A stretch of 47,313 bases of DNA, from positions 1 to 47,313 of the forward strand of contig CAYURA010000002.1 in assembly GCA_964446775.1 (NCBI GenBank), written 5' to 3'. Positions 8,890-17,958 of the stretch are shown here, one piece after another (positions within the stretch are counted from its first letter, which is position 1; the number at the start of each line of letters is the position of its first letter). A program made the translations under genes and the position numbers. Origin of the DNA: an uncultured Gammaproteobacteria bacterium (lineage in GTDB: Bacteria > Patescibacteriota > Patescibacteriia > Patescibacteriales > UBA12465). Under the pieces are notes generated by a model. That model was not told the origin of the DNA, did no database searches, and saw nothing but the letters and a program-made list of their open reading frames with translations.

Positions 8890-9921
8890 ATGCTGACAAA
8901 AATAATTGCTACAATTGGAACAAAAAGTGAATCACCAGACAACTTAATAGCTCTTTTAGATGCTGGTGTAAAAATTGTGAGGGTAAATTTTTCTCATGCT
9001 AATTATCATCAATATAAAAGGATTCAGAATATTGTTCGCACATATAACAAAGAGAAAAAACAAAACATAAAAATGATGTTGGACCTGCAGGGCCCTAGGA
9101 TTAGGGTGGGTCAAATGCCAGAAGATGGAGTGGATCTTCATACAGGTGAAATATACCATTTTACTTATAGTAATAAGGCGTATCAAAAAGATGGTGATAT
9201 TATTCCAATAGATAGTCCAGATTTGTATAAATTTATGAGAAAAGGAGCAATGCTATTTTTATGTAATGGTGATATTGAACTTAAAGTAATTAGTGTGGCT
9301 GACAGAGTTATTAAAGCCCAAGTGATAAATCGTGGCGTACTCAATTCGCGTAAAAGCATTAATGTGCCAGATACGGTCATAAAAGAAGGCGGATTAACGG
9401 CTAAAGATTTAAAAGATCTTCAGTTTGGAATAAAAGCTGGAATGGATTATGTGGCTCTTTCGTTTGTGCAATCAGCTAAAGATGTTATGAAACTAAAGAA
9501 GATATTAGGCCCTAAGTCTAATGTAAAAATTATTTCCAAAATAGAACGGAGAATTGCTTTGAAGAATATTGATAAAATTATTTTTGCTTCAGATTTAATA
9601 ATGGTGGCAAGGGGTGATTTAGGAATAGAAGTGCCAATAGAAGAGTTGCCTATTTTGCAAAAAAATTTAGTTCGTCATGCTCATTGGCATAATCGTCCGG
9701 TTATTATAGCCACTCAAGTAATGACTTCAATGATAAAAAATCCACACCCTACTAGAGCTGAAGTTTCCGATATTGCCAACGCTGTTTATGATGGAGCCGA
9801 TATGATCATGCTGTCAGATGAAACAACCGTCGGGGAATATCCAGTCATGGCAGTTAAGATGCTTAAAAAAGTTATTAAAAGAACTGAAGATAGTATTTAT
9901 AAAACTAATCTAATTAATTAA
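8890..9921 (+). CDS. pyk: pyruvate kinase, short form lacking the C-terminal domain
   Basis: KIIATIGT, VRVNFSH, MLDLQGPRIR, MVARGDLGIE and MLSDETTVGEYP motifs. The protein is 343 aa and ends just after the A-domain. Confidence 0.85.
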   Translation: MLTKIIATIGTKSESPDNLIALLDAGVKIVRVNFSHANYHQYKRIQNIVRTYNKEKKQNIKMMLDLQGPRIRVGQMPEDGVDLHTGEIYHFTYSNKAYQKDGDIIPIDSPDLYKFMRKGAMLFLCNGDIELKVISVADRVIKAQVINRGVLNSRKSINVPDTVIKEGGLTAKDLKDLQFGIKAGMDYVALSFVQSAKDVMKLKKILGPKSNVKIISKIERRIALKNIDKIIFASDLIMVARGDLGIEVPIEELPILQKNLVRHAHWHNRPVIIATQVMTSMIKNPHPTRAEVSDIANAVYDGADMIMLSDETTVGEYPVMAVKMLKKVIKRTEDSIYKTNLIN

Positions 9922-9937
9922 TTAATATTTTAATTTT

Positions 9938-11221
9938 ATGAGAATAAAAGAAATTACTGCCTTAGAAATAATAGACTCGAGAGCATGCCCCACCATCTCT
10001 GTAACAGTTAGATTAGAGGACGGAAGTTTTGGTGAGTCTTCTGTGCCTTCAGGAGCTTCTACTGGAGCTTATGAAGCCGTAGAGTTAAGAGATGATGATA
10101 AGTCACGTTATCACGGTTCTGGCGTCCTCCAAGTAATTAGGAATATAGAAGAGATAATAGATCCTAAACTTATTAACCAGGATGTCTATAAGCAAGAAGA
10201 AATAGATCAGATAATGATTGACTTAGATGGAACTGATAATAAATCAAAATTAGGAGCAAATGCTATTCTAGCAGTTTCCATGGCTTGTGCTAAAGCAGCG
10301 TCAGTTTCAAGCAGTATGCCTCTTTATGAATACTTGTCTCAGCTTAACCCCAAGTTTTCTGGAAATTATTTAATGCCAATACCGATGATGAACCTTTTAA
10401 ATGGCGGTAAGCATGCTGACTGGTCAACAGATATTCAGGAATATATGATATTACCAGTTGGTGCTAAAAATTTCGATCAGGCTATTAGGATGGGTGTTGA
10501 AATTTATCAGTCTTTAAAGAGTATTCTGCAAAAAAATAATTATTCTATTTGTGTTGGTGATGAGGGTGGTTTTGCCCCTAAGTTTAAAGATAATGAAGAA
10601 GCTTTTAAATTTTTAGAGCAAGCTGTCATCACTTCAAATTATAAATTAAATAAAGATATAGTTTTTGCAATTGATGCAGCTGCTACTGAATTCCATCACG
10701 GTAACCTATACCACCTAACTAAAGAAGGAAGACAATTAACTTCAAATCAACTAATTAAATTTTATAAAAATTTAGCTGACACTTATCCGATTATCTCCTT
10801 TGAAGACCCCTTAGCAGAAGATGATTGGCAAGGCTTTAAAGATTTTAGTCAATCTTTAAAGGGAGTGCAAGTTGTTGGTGACGACCTTTATGTTACTAAC
10901 ACAAAAAGATTAGAGCGTGGGATTAAAGAAAAAAGCACTAATTCAATCTTAATTAAACTTAATCAAATTGGCACGCTTTCAGAAACGATTAAGGCAATTA
11001 ATTTAGCTCAAGAAAATAATCTTACTACAATTATTTCTCATCGGAGCGGGGAGACTGAAGATACTTTTATTGCTGATTTATCCGTTGCAATGGAGAGCGG
11101 ACAGATTAAGACTGGGGCTCCATGTCGTAGTGAAAGAACTTCAAAATATAATCGTCTTTTAAGAATTGCCTCTGAATTAGGCCCAAAAACAACTTATGCT
11201 AAATTTCCTTTTAAAGTATGA
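9938..11221 (+). CDS. eno: enolase (phosphopyruvate hydratase)
   Basis: 427 aa with SVPSGASTG, DDLYVTN, IKLNQIGTLSET and SHRSGETED motifs. The TGA stop overlaps the next ATG (ATGA). Confidence 0.95.
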   Translation: MRIKEITALEIIDSRACPTISVTVRLEDGSFGESSVPSGASTGAYEAVELRDDDKSRYHGSGVLQVIRNIEEIIDPKLINQDVYKQEEIDQIMIDLDGTDNKSKLGANAILAVSMACAKAASVSSSMPLYEYLSQLNPKFSGNYLMPIPMMNLLNGGKHADWSTDIQEYMILPVGAKNFDQAIRMGVEIYQSLKSILQKNNYSICVGDEGGFAPKFKDNEEAFKFLEQAVITSNYKLNKDIVFAIDAAATEFHHGNLYHLTKEGRQLTSNQLIKFYKNLADTYPIISFEDPLAEDDWQGFKDFSQSLKGVQVVGDDLYVTNTKRLERGIKEKSTNSILIKLNQIGTLSETIKAINLAQENNLTTIISHRSGETEDTFIADLSVAMESGQIKTGAPCRSERTSKYNRLLRIASELGPKTTYAKFPFKV

Positions 11222-12312
11222 AATATCTATTATCAATATTAACATTATTTTCATACCTGGGAGCCCACGTTTTAATGTTTTTTACCTGGCGTTATTTTTT
11301 ATTAATAACTGACCCTTATCTACAAATAGCAATCGCTTTTATTCTACTAATGGCGATCATATTGTCAATCATTGCCCCGCTGTTGATATATTGGAAAGAT
11401 AATATTTTTAGTCGTTCTTTGTATTTAGTTATTGGTCTTTGGGTGGGCCTATTAGCTAACTCAATCTTATTAGCCACAGTCTATTATTTATTCATCATAA
11501 TTTTTCCAAGTTTAGAGCTAAATTTCTATTTAAGGTCTCTCTACATTACGATTCTACCGATATTACTCTTGATTCCAGAGGCTTGGTCAGCTAGAGTCTG
11601 GAAAATAAAAAGAATCAAAGTGGCTATTAAAGATTTACCTGATTATTGGGTGGATAAAAAAATTATACACCTTTCAGATATACATTTAGGACCAATTTGG
11701 CGCCAGAGTTTTTTTGACAAATTACTAAAACGGCTTGATGAGCTTAAACCTGAGGCAATATTTATAACCGGAGATCTATTTGATGGCATGGAAGCAAATT
11801 TTACTTGGTTCAGCCAACGTAAAATCAATACCCCTAGCGGTGTTTATTACTCTTTTGGTAACCATGATGTACAATTGGGTAAGAATCGGGTTAAATTACT
11901 TTTAAAAAATTCAGGCATTAGAGTGCTTGATGATGAATTGCACGAAGAAAAAGGCGTACAAATTATTGGCCTTAGTTTCTACACAGAGAAATGCAATAAT
12001 TTGAGTGAAAAAATCAGGAGAGAGGTAAAGTATAGTCCTTCAAAACCTAGCATTTTGTTATATCATGAGCCAAAAGATGTAAAAATAATAATGGAAACTG
12101 GAATAGATTTGCAGTTATCTGGGCATACTCACGCCGGTCAAATTTGGCCATTTAATCTATTAATTAAGTTATTATATAGAGGCTTTGTTCATGGCATCTA
12201 TCGGAACAAAGATTACACACTTTCGGTTAGCGCGGGTACTGGCACATGGGGGCCGCCTTTACGTTTAGGATCGCGTTCAGAGATAATTGTTTTACAGCTT
12301 ATAAAAAAATAA
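11218..12312 (+). CDS. membrane-anchored metallophosphoesterase (calcineurin-like)
   Basis: About four N-terminal TM helices, then HLSDIHLG, GDLFDG, GNHD and GHTHAGQ metal-binding motifs. Confidence 0.8.
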   Translation: MKYLLSILTLFSYLGAHVLMFFTWRYFLLITDPYLQIAIAFILLMAIILSIIAPLLIYWKDNIFSRSLYLVIGLWVGLLANSILLATVYYLFIIIFPSLELNFYLRSLYITILPILLLIPEAWSARVWKIKRIKVAIKDLPDYWVDKKIIHLSDIHLGPIWRQSFFDKLLKRLDELKPEAIFITGDLFDGMEANFTWFSQRKINTPSGVYYSFGNHDVQLGKNRVKLLLKNSGIRVLDDELHEEKGVQIIGLSFYTEKCNNLSEKIRREVKYSPSKPSILLYHEPKDVKIIMETGIDLQLSGHTHAGQIWPFNLLIKLLYRGFVHGIYRNKDYTLSVSAGTGTWGPPLRLGSRSEIIVLQLIKK

Positions 12313-12322
12313 TTTAATTTTT

Positions 12323-13351
12323 ATGGATATTTCTCAGCTTTCTAAAACTTTAAAAGCTTTACCTAAATATCGATTTAATCAGGCTTTTCAAGCAGTCTAT
12401 CAAGACTATATTTCTGACTGGCAAGAATTAAGTGTCTTTCCGTTAGCCTTAAGAGCGGATTTAAATTTAATTTGCCCGCTGACAATTAATGGGAAAGTAA
12501 TAAAAGACGGCACTAATCGAGATACGGAAAAAGCTTTAATAACTTATAAGGATGGAGTTGTGGTCGAAACAGTCTTAATTCGTCATCGGGATAAGAGGCA
12601 TACCCTCTGTCTTTCAACACAAGCAGGCTGTCCTTTAGCTTGTAGTTTTTGTGCTACTGGTAACGCAGGATTTCAAAGAGATTTGACGTCCGAAGAAATC
12701 CAACAGCAGTATATATTTTGGGCTAGAGAGCTTAAACAAAAAAAAATAAAAGAAAGAATTGATAATCTAGTCTTTATGGGTATGGGAGAGCCTTTTTTAA
12801 ATTATGATAATTTTATTAATGCGGCTAAGGAATTTCATAATCCAGAAAAATTTAATATTGGCTCAAGGCGGATGTCAGTTTCAACTTCTGGAATTGTTGA
12901 AGGTATTAAAAAATTAGCTACTGAAAAAATGCAAGTTAATTTGGCGGTTTCTCTCCATGCTCCGGTTGACTCTTTGCGTATACGCTTGATGCCAATCGCT
13001 AAAAAATATTCAATAAATAATATCTTAAAAGCTGTGGATTTTTATATTGCTAAAACAGGTAGGCGAGTCATGTTTGAGTATTTGATGTTAAAAAATATTA
13101 ATGATGGAGATGATGATGCGGAAGCCCTGTCTTTAATCATGAGGAAAAAACTTTATCTTATCAATCTTATCCCTTACAATCCGACTGGCAATTTTCAAGC
13201 ATCAAGCCCGATTAGAATTGAACAATTCAAGAAAAAACTAGAAGAGCTGGGTGTCGCGGTAACTTGCAGACATAGCCAGGGGCAGTCAATTAATGCTGCC
13301 TGTGGTCAATTAGCTGGAGAGAAGAAAAGATCATCTGTTATAAATACTTAA
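12323..13351 (+). CDS. rlmN: 23S rRNA/tRNA (adenine-C2)-methyltransferase, radical SAM
   Basis: CPLACSFCATG (CxxxCxxC), MGMGEPFLN, and a C-terminal catalytic Cys in NAACGQL. Confidence 0.9.
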   Translation: MDISQLSKTLKALPKYRFNQAFQAVYQDYISDWQELSVFPLALRADLNLICPLTINGKVIKDGTNRDTEKALITYKDGVVVETVLIRHRDKRHTLCLSTQAGCPLACSFCATGNAGFQRDLTSEEIQQQYIFWARELKQKKIKERIDNLVFMGMGEPFLNYDNFINAAKEFHNPEKFNIGSRRMSVSTSGIVEGIKKLATEKMQVNLAVSLHAPVDSLRIRLMPIAKKYSINNILKAVDFYIAKTGRRVMFEYLMLKNINDGDDDAEALSLIMRKKLYLINLIPYNPTGNFQASSPIRIEQFKKKLEELGVAVTCRHSQGQSINAACGQLAGEKKRSSVINT

Positions 13352-13462
13352 TTTTGCTTGAGTTAATTATTATTGATATGATTAAAAAAATAACATAATT
13401 GAAAATATTATTTATAATCTGGTTTACTGGTTCAAAGTAATCTTTCTTTTTCCCTTACTTAT

Positions 13463-13654
13463 ATGATTATTGCTAAAAAAATTAGAATCTTAAATACTTT
13501 AGGAACAATTGTGATGTATCCAGTCTTATTTCTAATAGCTTCTATCTTAATTATTATGCTTATTGGTAACTATGGCAGTCTAGTTTTATTAGTAGTTGGG
13601 ATTATTATATATTTATGCTTTAGATATAAAATAGTAAGAGCCTTAGTCGCCTAA
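13463..13654 (+). CDS. small hydrophobic protein (possibly the 5' part of a stop-interrupted 121-codon ORF)
   Basis: 63 aa with two predicted TM segments. The same frame stays open after the TAA at 13652-13654 until a TAG at 13826-13828, and encodes another TM-like segment. Confidence 0.3.
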   Translation: MIIAKKIRILNTLGTIVMYPVLFLIASILIIMLIGNYGSLVLLVVGIIIYLCFRYKIVRALVA

Positions 13655-13860
13655 TTAATTAGCGTAATTTTTAGTTTAATCCTATTTGAAAGCCACAGTG
13701 GCTCAGATGAGGAGGTGATATCTTTTTTAATTATATTACCCGCTTTTATATCCGCTATTTTCTTCTTTGTGAGTTATCGCTTAGAGAAAAAATTATTTAA
13801 ACAGAAAAAACTTGTGACCAATAAATAGATTATTGATTAATTTTTTGTGTTTAGATTTTT

Positions 13861-13892
13861 AAAAAACCATCTTTTAAAAAAGATGGTTTTCT
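13861..13892. terminator. bidirectional rho-independent terminator
   Basis: AAAAAACCATCTTTT-AAAA-AAGATGGTTTTCT: a perfect inverted repeat flanked by an A-run and a T-run. It sits immediately after the stop of the minus-strand gene and downstream of the small plus-strand ORF. Confidence 0.75.
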
Positions 13893-14756
13893 CTACTTTT
13901 GAAGTTCAGCAATCACCTGTTGTAGGTGCTGCAGAACTTTTTTGTGTGGAGCCTTGATTATTGTTTCGAATTTTTTAGCTTTTGGAAGTCTAAAAAATTG
14001 ACATACTTCTAATTTTTTATTTGACAATAGCCAAGTGAAATCTTCTCCTCCATCTTTATATTGGATAACAGTTAAGTATGGAGATTTCTCTAAGAAGGCT
14101 TCGCGCAGTCTTGAGAAATCAAGATATTCTGAAATGTTATCCAAGTACGTAAATCCAATTTTGCGCCCTGGAATACGTATCAAAAAATTAATTTTTAAAG
14201 ATTTTATGGCTTTGTTTGTTATTTTTTGCGCTCGGTGATAGAGCTCATAAAAACTTTCGACTAAGGGGCTGCTCCCCTCACTAGCTATTTCAGTGATTAC
14301 TTCTTCATAAATAGCTTCATAAATAGCTAAATTTGAATTTAAGCCTTTTATCATCGCTGTTTTTAAAGCTTTCACATATCTGGAGACTTCCAGATTAGTT
14401 TGCCAATTATCAGAGGCCATATCACCATCTTTTTTTCTCATTGACTTAGTGTAGATCTTTGTCATGAGTTCGTCTATATCAGTATTATCTTTTTCCCAAT
14501 TATCAAAAGGAAAAAAGATGATATGAGAAATAAGATTAATCTTTTCACTAAGATAGATTTCAATATCAGGATGATATTGGATTGATGAGGTGATTGATTT
14601 AGGATCTATGTTACAAAGAATTATTTCTTTTGCACCACTAGCCCAAAGTGCACTCGGAGTGGTGGCTGAGACTAGAATATAGCCAGCATTTTTGGCTGCG
14701 GCTAAGAAGAAGATTGAAGAAACATTATAAGGGTTATATATTATTATTTTTTTCAT
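13893..14756 (-). CDS. hypothetical protein, no family recognised
   Basis: 287-aa ORF, monocistronic on the minus strand, with its own terminator. A TTGACA-17-CAATAT promoter candidate lies upstream. Confidence 0.55.
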   Translation of the reverse strand: MKKIIIYNPYNVSSIFFLAAAKNAGYILVSATTPSALWASGAKEIILCNIDPKSITSSIQYHPDIEIYLSEKINLISHIIFFPFDNWEKDNTDIDELMTKIYTKSMRKKDGDMASDNWQTNLEVSRYVKALKTAMIKGLNSNLAIYEAIYEEVITEIASEGSSPLVESFYELYHRAQKITNKAIKSLKINFLIRIPGRKIGFTYLDNISEYLDFSRLREAFLEKSPYLTVIQYKDGGEDFTWLLSNKKLEVCQFFRLPKAKKFETIIKAPHKKVLQHLQQVIAELQK

Positions 14757-14838
14757 GATAAATATTTTTTAATGTTCTTCAAGAATATTGACACACTATT
14801 ACTTAGTTGTCAAAAAATAGATATTTTAATAAATATTT

Positions 14839-14867
14839 TAGACATAAAATTAATTATTTGTTATTAT
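14839..14867 (+). promoter_or_regulatory. candidate sod promoter (TAGACA-17-TATTAT with TG extension)
   Basis: TAGACA at 14839-14844, a 17-nt spacer, TG at 14859-14860 and TATTAT at 14862-14867. It lies 37 nt upstream of the ATG. Confidence 0.4.
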
Positions 14868-14903
14868 GTTTATAGTATTTAATAATTATTAATTTAAAAA
14901 AAT

Positions 14904-15500
14904 ATGTTTAAAATAAGTCTTTTGCCTTATAATTTTACTGCTCTAGAGCCTTATATTTCTCGTCAGACAATGGAGCTTCATTATTCAAAGCATCATCAAG
15001 CTTATGTTAATAAGTTGAACGAGTTAATAGACAAGACAGAAATGGAGAAGAAGAGTTTAGAGGAAATAATTAGGTTGAGCCATAATAATATAGAGTATAG
15101 TTCAATTTTCAACAATGCTGGACAGCATTATAATCATGAACTGTTTTGGTCGAGTTTAAGCCCTCTGGCAGATGACAGGGAGGTGCCAGAGTTATTGTTA
15201 AAAATGATTAATCGAGATTTTATTTCAATGGATGGCCTATTAGCGGCTTTTAAAAGAGAAGCAGCAGCGCAATTTGGTAGCGGTTGGGTTTGGCTTGTTT
15301 TAGAAGGAGATAGCTTAGCAGTTAAAAAAACAGGCAACGCTGAACCTATTTTTTTACAAAATTTAAAACCACTTTTAGCTTTAGATGTTTGGGAACATTC
15401 ATATTATCTTGATTATCAAAATATGCGTTTAAATTTTGTCGAAGCAGTGTTTAATAATCTTTTTAACTGGAAATTTGCCGCAGGGCAGGTTGGTATTTAA
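14904..15500 (+). CDS. sodB: superoxide dismutase, Fe-type
   Basis: LPYNFTALEPYIS, HYSKHHQAYV and DVWEHSYYLDYQN motifs. FNNAGQHYNH (Gln at the Fe-type position) and GNAEP (not NQ) favour Fe over Mn. Confidence 0.9.
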   Translation: MFKISLLPYNFTALEPYISRQTMELHYSKHHQAYVNKLNELIDKTEMEKKSLEEIIRLSHNNIEYSSIFNNAGQHYNHELFWSSLSPLADDREVPELLLKMINRDFISMDGLLAAFKREAAAQFGSGWVWLVLEGDSLAVKKTGNAEPIFLQNLKPLLALDVWEHSYYLDYQNMRLNFVEAVFNNLFNWKFAAGQVGI

Positions 15501-15504
15501 TTTT

Positions 15505-16170
15505 ATGAAGGCGAGTCCATATTCGATGATAAAACCCGAAATACGTTTACCTTATACAGAAATATACTTAATTAGACATGCTAATCCTGATTATAGTTTA
15601 CAAGCTAGTCTTGGAGACAAGGCCATGCCTCTGTCAAAAGCTGGTATAGAACAATCTAAACTATTAGCTTTAGCTTTGAAAAAAAGTGAAATAGATGTTG
15701 TTTATGCTAGTGAGATGCAAAGGGCTAAATCAACTGCAGAATTTTTAGTCCCCAGAAAAAAAATCATTATTGATCCGCGATTAAATGAGATTGATTGGGT
15801 TAACTGGCATCGAGTTAAATATTTTCGTACTTCTGAAAATCGGCGTAAACAATATTTAAAAAACTACCATGATTTAGACAAGCAACTTGATAAATTTCAA
15901 GCTAGAATGCGTAAACTATTGGCTAGCATGGTTAGGAATAATAAAGGAAAAAAAGTGGCTTTATTTTGTCATGGGAATATCATTAAATCAGTATTAACCA
16001 GTATTATCAATGCAGATGTAATAGGTTTCTTGTCATTAGAAATTTTTCAAGCTTCAATTAGCCGTTTAGTCATTGACCAAAACAATTACGTTAAAGTTTT
16101 ATGTATTAATGATTTTAAGCATTTAAAAACTCAACCTAGCGAGGACTTGTTTACCACTTTATTAGATTAA
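15505..16170 (+). CDS. histidine phosphatase family protein (phosphoglycerate mutase-like)
   Basis: IYLIRHANPDY (RH catalytic motif) and a distal CHGN histidine. The ATG at 15505 follows the sod stop, whereas the ORF-track start at 15436 overlaps sod. Confidence 0.7.
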   Translation: MKASPYSMIKPEIRLPYTEIYLIRHANPDYSLQASLGDKAMPLSKAGIEQSKLLALALKKSEIDVVYASEMQRAKSTAEFLVPRKKIIIDPRLNEIDWVNWHRVKYFRTSENRRKQYLKNYHDLDKQLDKFQARMRKLLASMVRNNKGKKVALFCHGNIIKSVLTSIINADVIGFLSLEIFQASISRLVIDQNNYVKVLCINDFKHLKTQPSEDLFTTLLD

Positions 16171-16214
16171 CATTTATTTATCTTTTATTAGCATAATATT
16201 TAGAATATAAGCTC

Positions 16215-16243
16215 TTGACATGGTCTTTATTTTAAGTTATTCT
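16215..16243 (+). promoter_or_regulatory. candidate rpsB-tsf promoter (TTGACA-17-TATTCT)
   Basis: Perfect -35 at 16215-16220, a 17-nt spacer and TATTCT at 16238-16243. This would give a ~165-nt leader. Confidence 0.35.
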
Positions 16244-16411
16244 AATATCAGATTAAATCTTTCTATTTCAAAAGATTTTTTCATTTTGAGTTTTTATTTA
16301 TTAAATAATAATGTCACGCTTATTTAATTTTTCTTGCCTTAATATCTTTTAAGAAGATTTAAGATTAATGAGCGGATGCCTCATAATTTATATGGGGGAC
16401 AAAGAAAATTT

Positions 16412-17107
16412 ATGTCAAAGTTACCAAGTCTAGAAGAGATGTTAAAAGCAGGTATGCATTTTGGCCACCGGACTCACCGTTGGCACCCAAAAATGAAGCC
16501 TTATATTTTTGCAGCTAAAAATGGTATTTATGTTATTGATTTGGAAAAAAGTAGGGAAAAGTTGTCCGAAGCTTTGGATTTTATGTCCAAATTAATCAAG
16601 GACGGCAAGACTATATTATTTGTTGGCACTAAAAGTCAGATTAAAGAACCAATGCGAAAAATGGCAGAAATTACGGGGCAACCTTATATCGTCGGGAAAT
16701 GGCTTGGTGGTTATCTTACCAATTTTACAGTTGTTAAAAAATCAGTTAAAAAGTATCAGGAGCTAGTAGAGAATAGAGATGCTGGTAAATTAGATAAATA
16801 TACAAAGAAAGAAAGATTAGATTTTGATCGCGAAATAAAAAGGTTACACGAAAGGGTTGGCGGTTTAACTAACTTAAATAAAATGCCAGATGCAGTTTTT
16901 GTTTGGGATATTAAGGAGGAGTCGACCGCTGTTGCTGAGGCGACTAAAAAGAACATACCGATTATTGGCATTTGTGATACTAATGTTAATCCCGAATTAG
17001 TCACCTATCCAATACCAGCAAATGACGACGCGACTAAAACCGTTAAATTGCTTATAGGAATTATTCAATCAATAATTATTGATGCCAAGAAAGACTTAAA
17101 AAATTAA
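16412..17107 (+). CDS. rpsB: 30S ribosomal protein S2
   Basis: LKAGMHFGHRTHRWHPKM, plus VWDIKEE and IIGICDTN motifs. The ATG at 16412 is preceded by GGGGGA. Confidence 0.95.
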   Translation: MSKLPSLEEMLKAGMHFGHRTHRWHPKMKPYIFAAKNGIYVIDLEKSREKLSEALDFMSKLIKDGKTILFVGTKSQIKEPMRKMAEITGQPYIVGKWLGGYLTNFTVVKKSVKKYQELVENRDAGKLDKYTKKERLDFDREIKRLHERVGGLTNLNKMPDAVFVWDIKEESTAVAEATKKNIPIIGICDTNVNPELVTYPIPANDDATKTVKLLIGIIQSIIIDAKKDLKN

Positions 17108-17117
17108 TTTAATTAAT

Positions 17118-17912
17118 ATGGAATTAATAAAACAATTAAGAGAAATTACTGGGGCTGGCATGGTAGATTGCAAGAAGGCTCTAGATGAGGCTAATAATGA
17201 TTTACAACAGGCAGTTGGTCTATTAAGAAAAAAAGGAATAGCTAAAGCTGCTAAGAGAAGTGGTAGAGAGACTAATGAAGGGGTGGTTAAAGTGGCTATT
17301 AATGCTGATAAAAATGAAGCTTATATTTTAAGTCTTAGTTCAGAAACCGATTTCGTAGCTCGTAATGATAAGTTTCAGAGTTTTGCTGATTCAGTTATTG
17401 TATTAGCAATGGAGAAAAAAGTCGATAGCATGGAATCTTTATTAGCCCTAAAGCTTATCAATGGGACCGTCAAAGAAGACTTGGATATTTTGAGTGGCAC
17501 AATAGGAGAAAAGTTGGATATTTCGGCTTATGGTAAAGTCACGGGGGCCACTGTATCTGCATATTCTCATTTAGGTGGTAAAATAGGTGTAGTTGTCGCT
17601 TTAGATCAACCTGATAAAGAGGATATAGCTAGTGATATAGCAATGCAAATAGCTGCGACTGACCCGAGGTATTTAGAACCAGAAGAAATCAAAGCCGAAG
17701 AACTAGAACGCGAAAAAGAAATTTATAGAGAGCAGCTAATTAAAGAGGGCAAGCCTGAATTAATGATTGAAAAAATCTTACTCGGTAAACTGGCTAAATA
17801 CTATAGTGAGGTATGTTTAGTGGAGCAAGAATTTATTAAAGATGATAAGAAAAAAGTTAAGGATATTTTGGCGGATGTTAAGGTTATTTCTTATCTTCGA
17901 TTTAGCCTTTAA
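17118..17912 (+). CDS. tsf: translation elongation factor Ts
   Basis: LREITGAGMVDCKKAL N-terminal UBA-like motif, SETDFVARN, and the conserved position after rpsB. Confidence 0.9.
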   Translation: MELIKQLREITGAGMVDCKKALDEANNDLQQAVGLLRKKGIAKAAKRSGRETNEGVVKVAINADKNEAYILSLSSETDFVARNDKFQSFADSVIVLAMEKKVDSMESLLALKLINGTVKEDLDILSGTIGEKLDISAYGKVTGATVSAYSHLGGKIGVVVALDQPDKEDIASDIAMQIAATDPRYLEPEEIKAEELEREKEIYREQLIKEGKPELMIEKILLGKLAKYYSEVCLVEQEFIKDDKKKVKDILADVKVISYLRFSL

Positions 17913-17929
17913 TAGAAACAAAAAATATT

Positions 17930-17951
17930 AGAAGGCCTATAAGGGCCTTCT
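17930..17951 (+). terminator. hairpin terminator after tsf
   Basis: AGAAGGCC-TATAAG-GGCCTTCT (8-bp GC-rich stem) followed by CTTGTTTAT. Confidence 0.5.
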
Positions 17952-17958
17952 CTTGTTT

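Noticed and set aside
13707-13718. ATGAGGAGGTGA read as a mini-ORF or as a Shine-Dalgarno for a GTG start at 13715
   Set aside because: The ATG frame stops after three codons. The GAGGAG abuts the GTG with no spacer, so it cannot serve as a functional RBS. Continuation of the upstream frame is the more economical reading.
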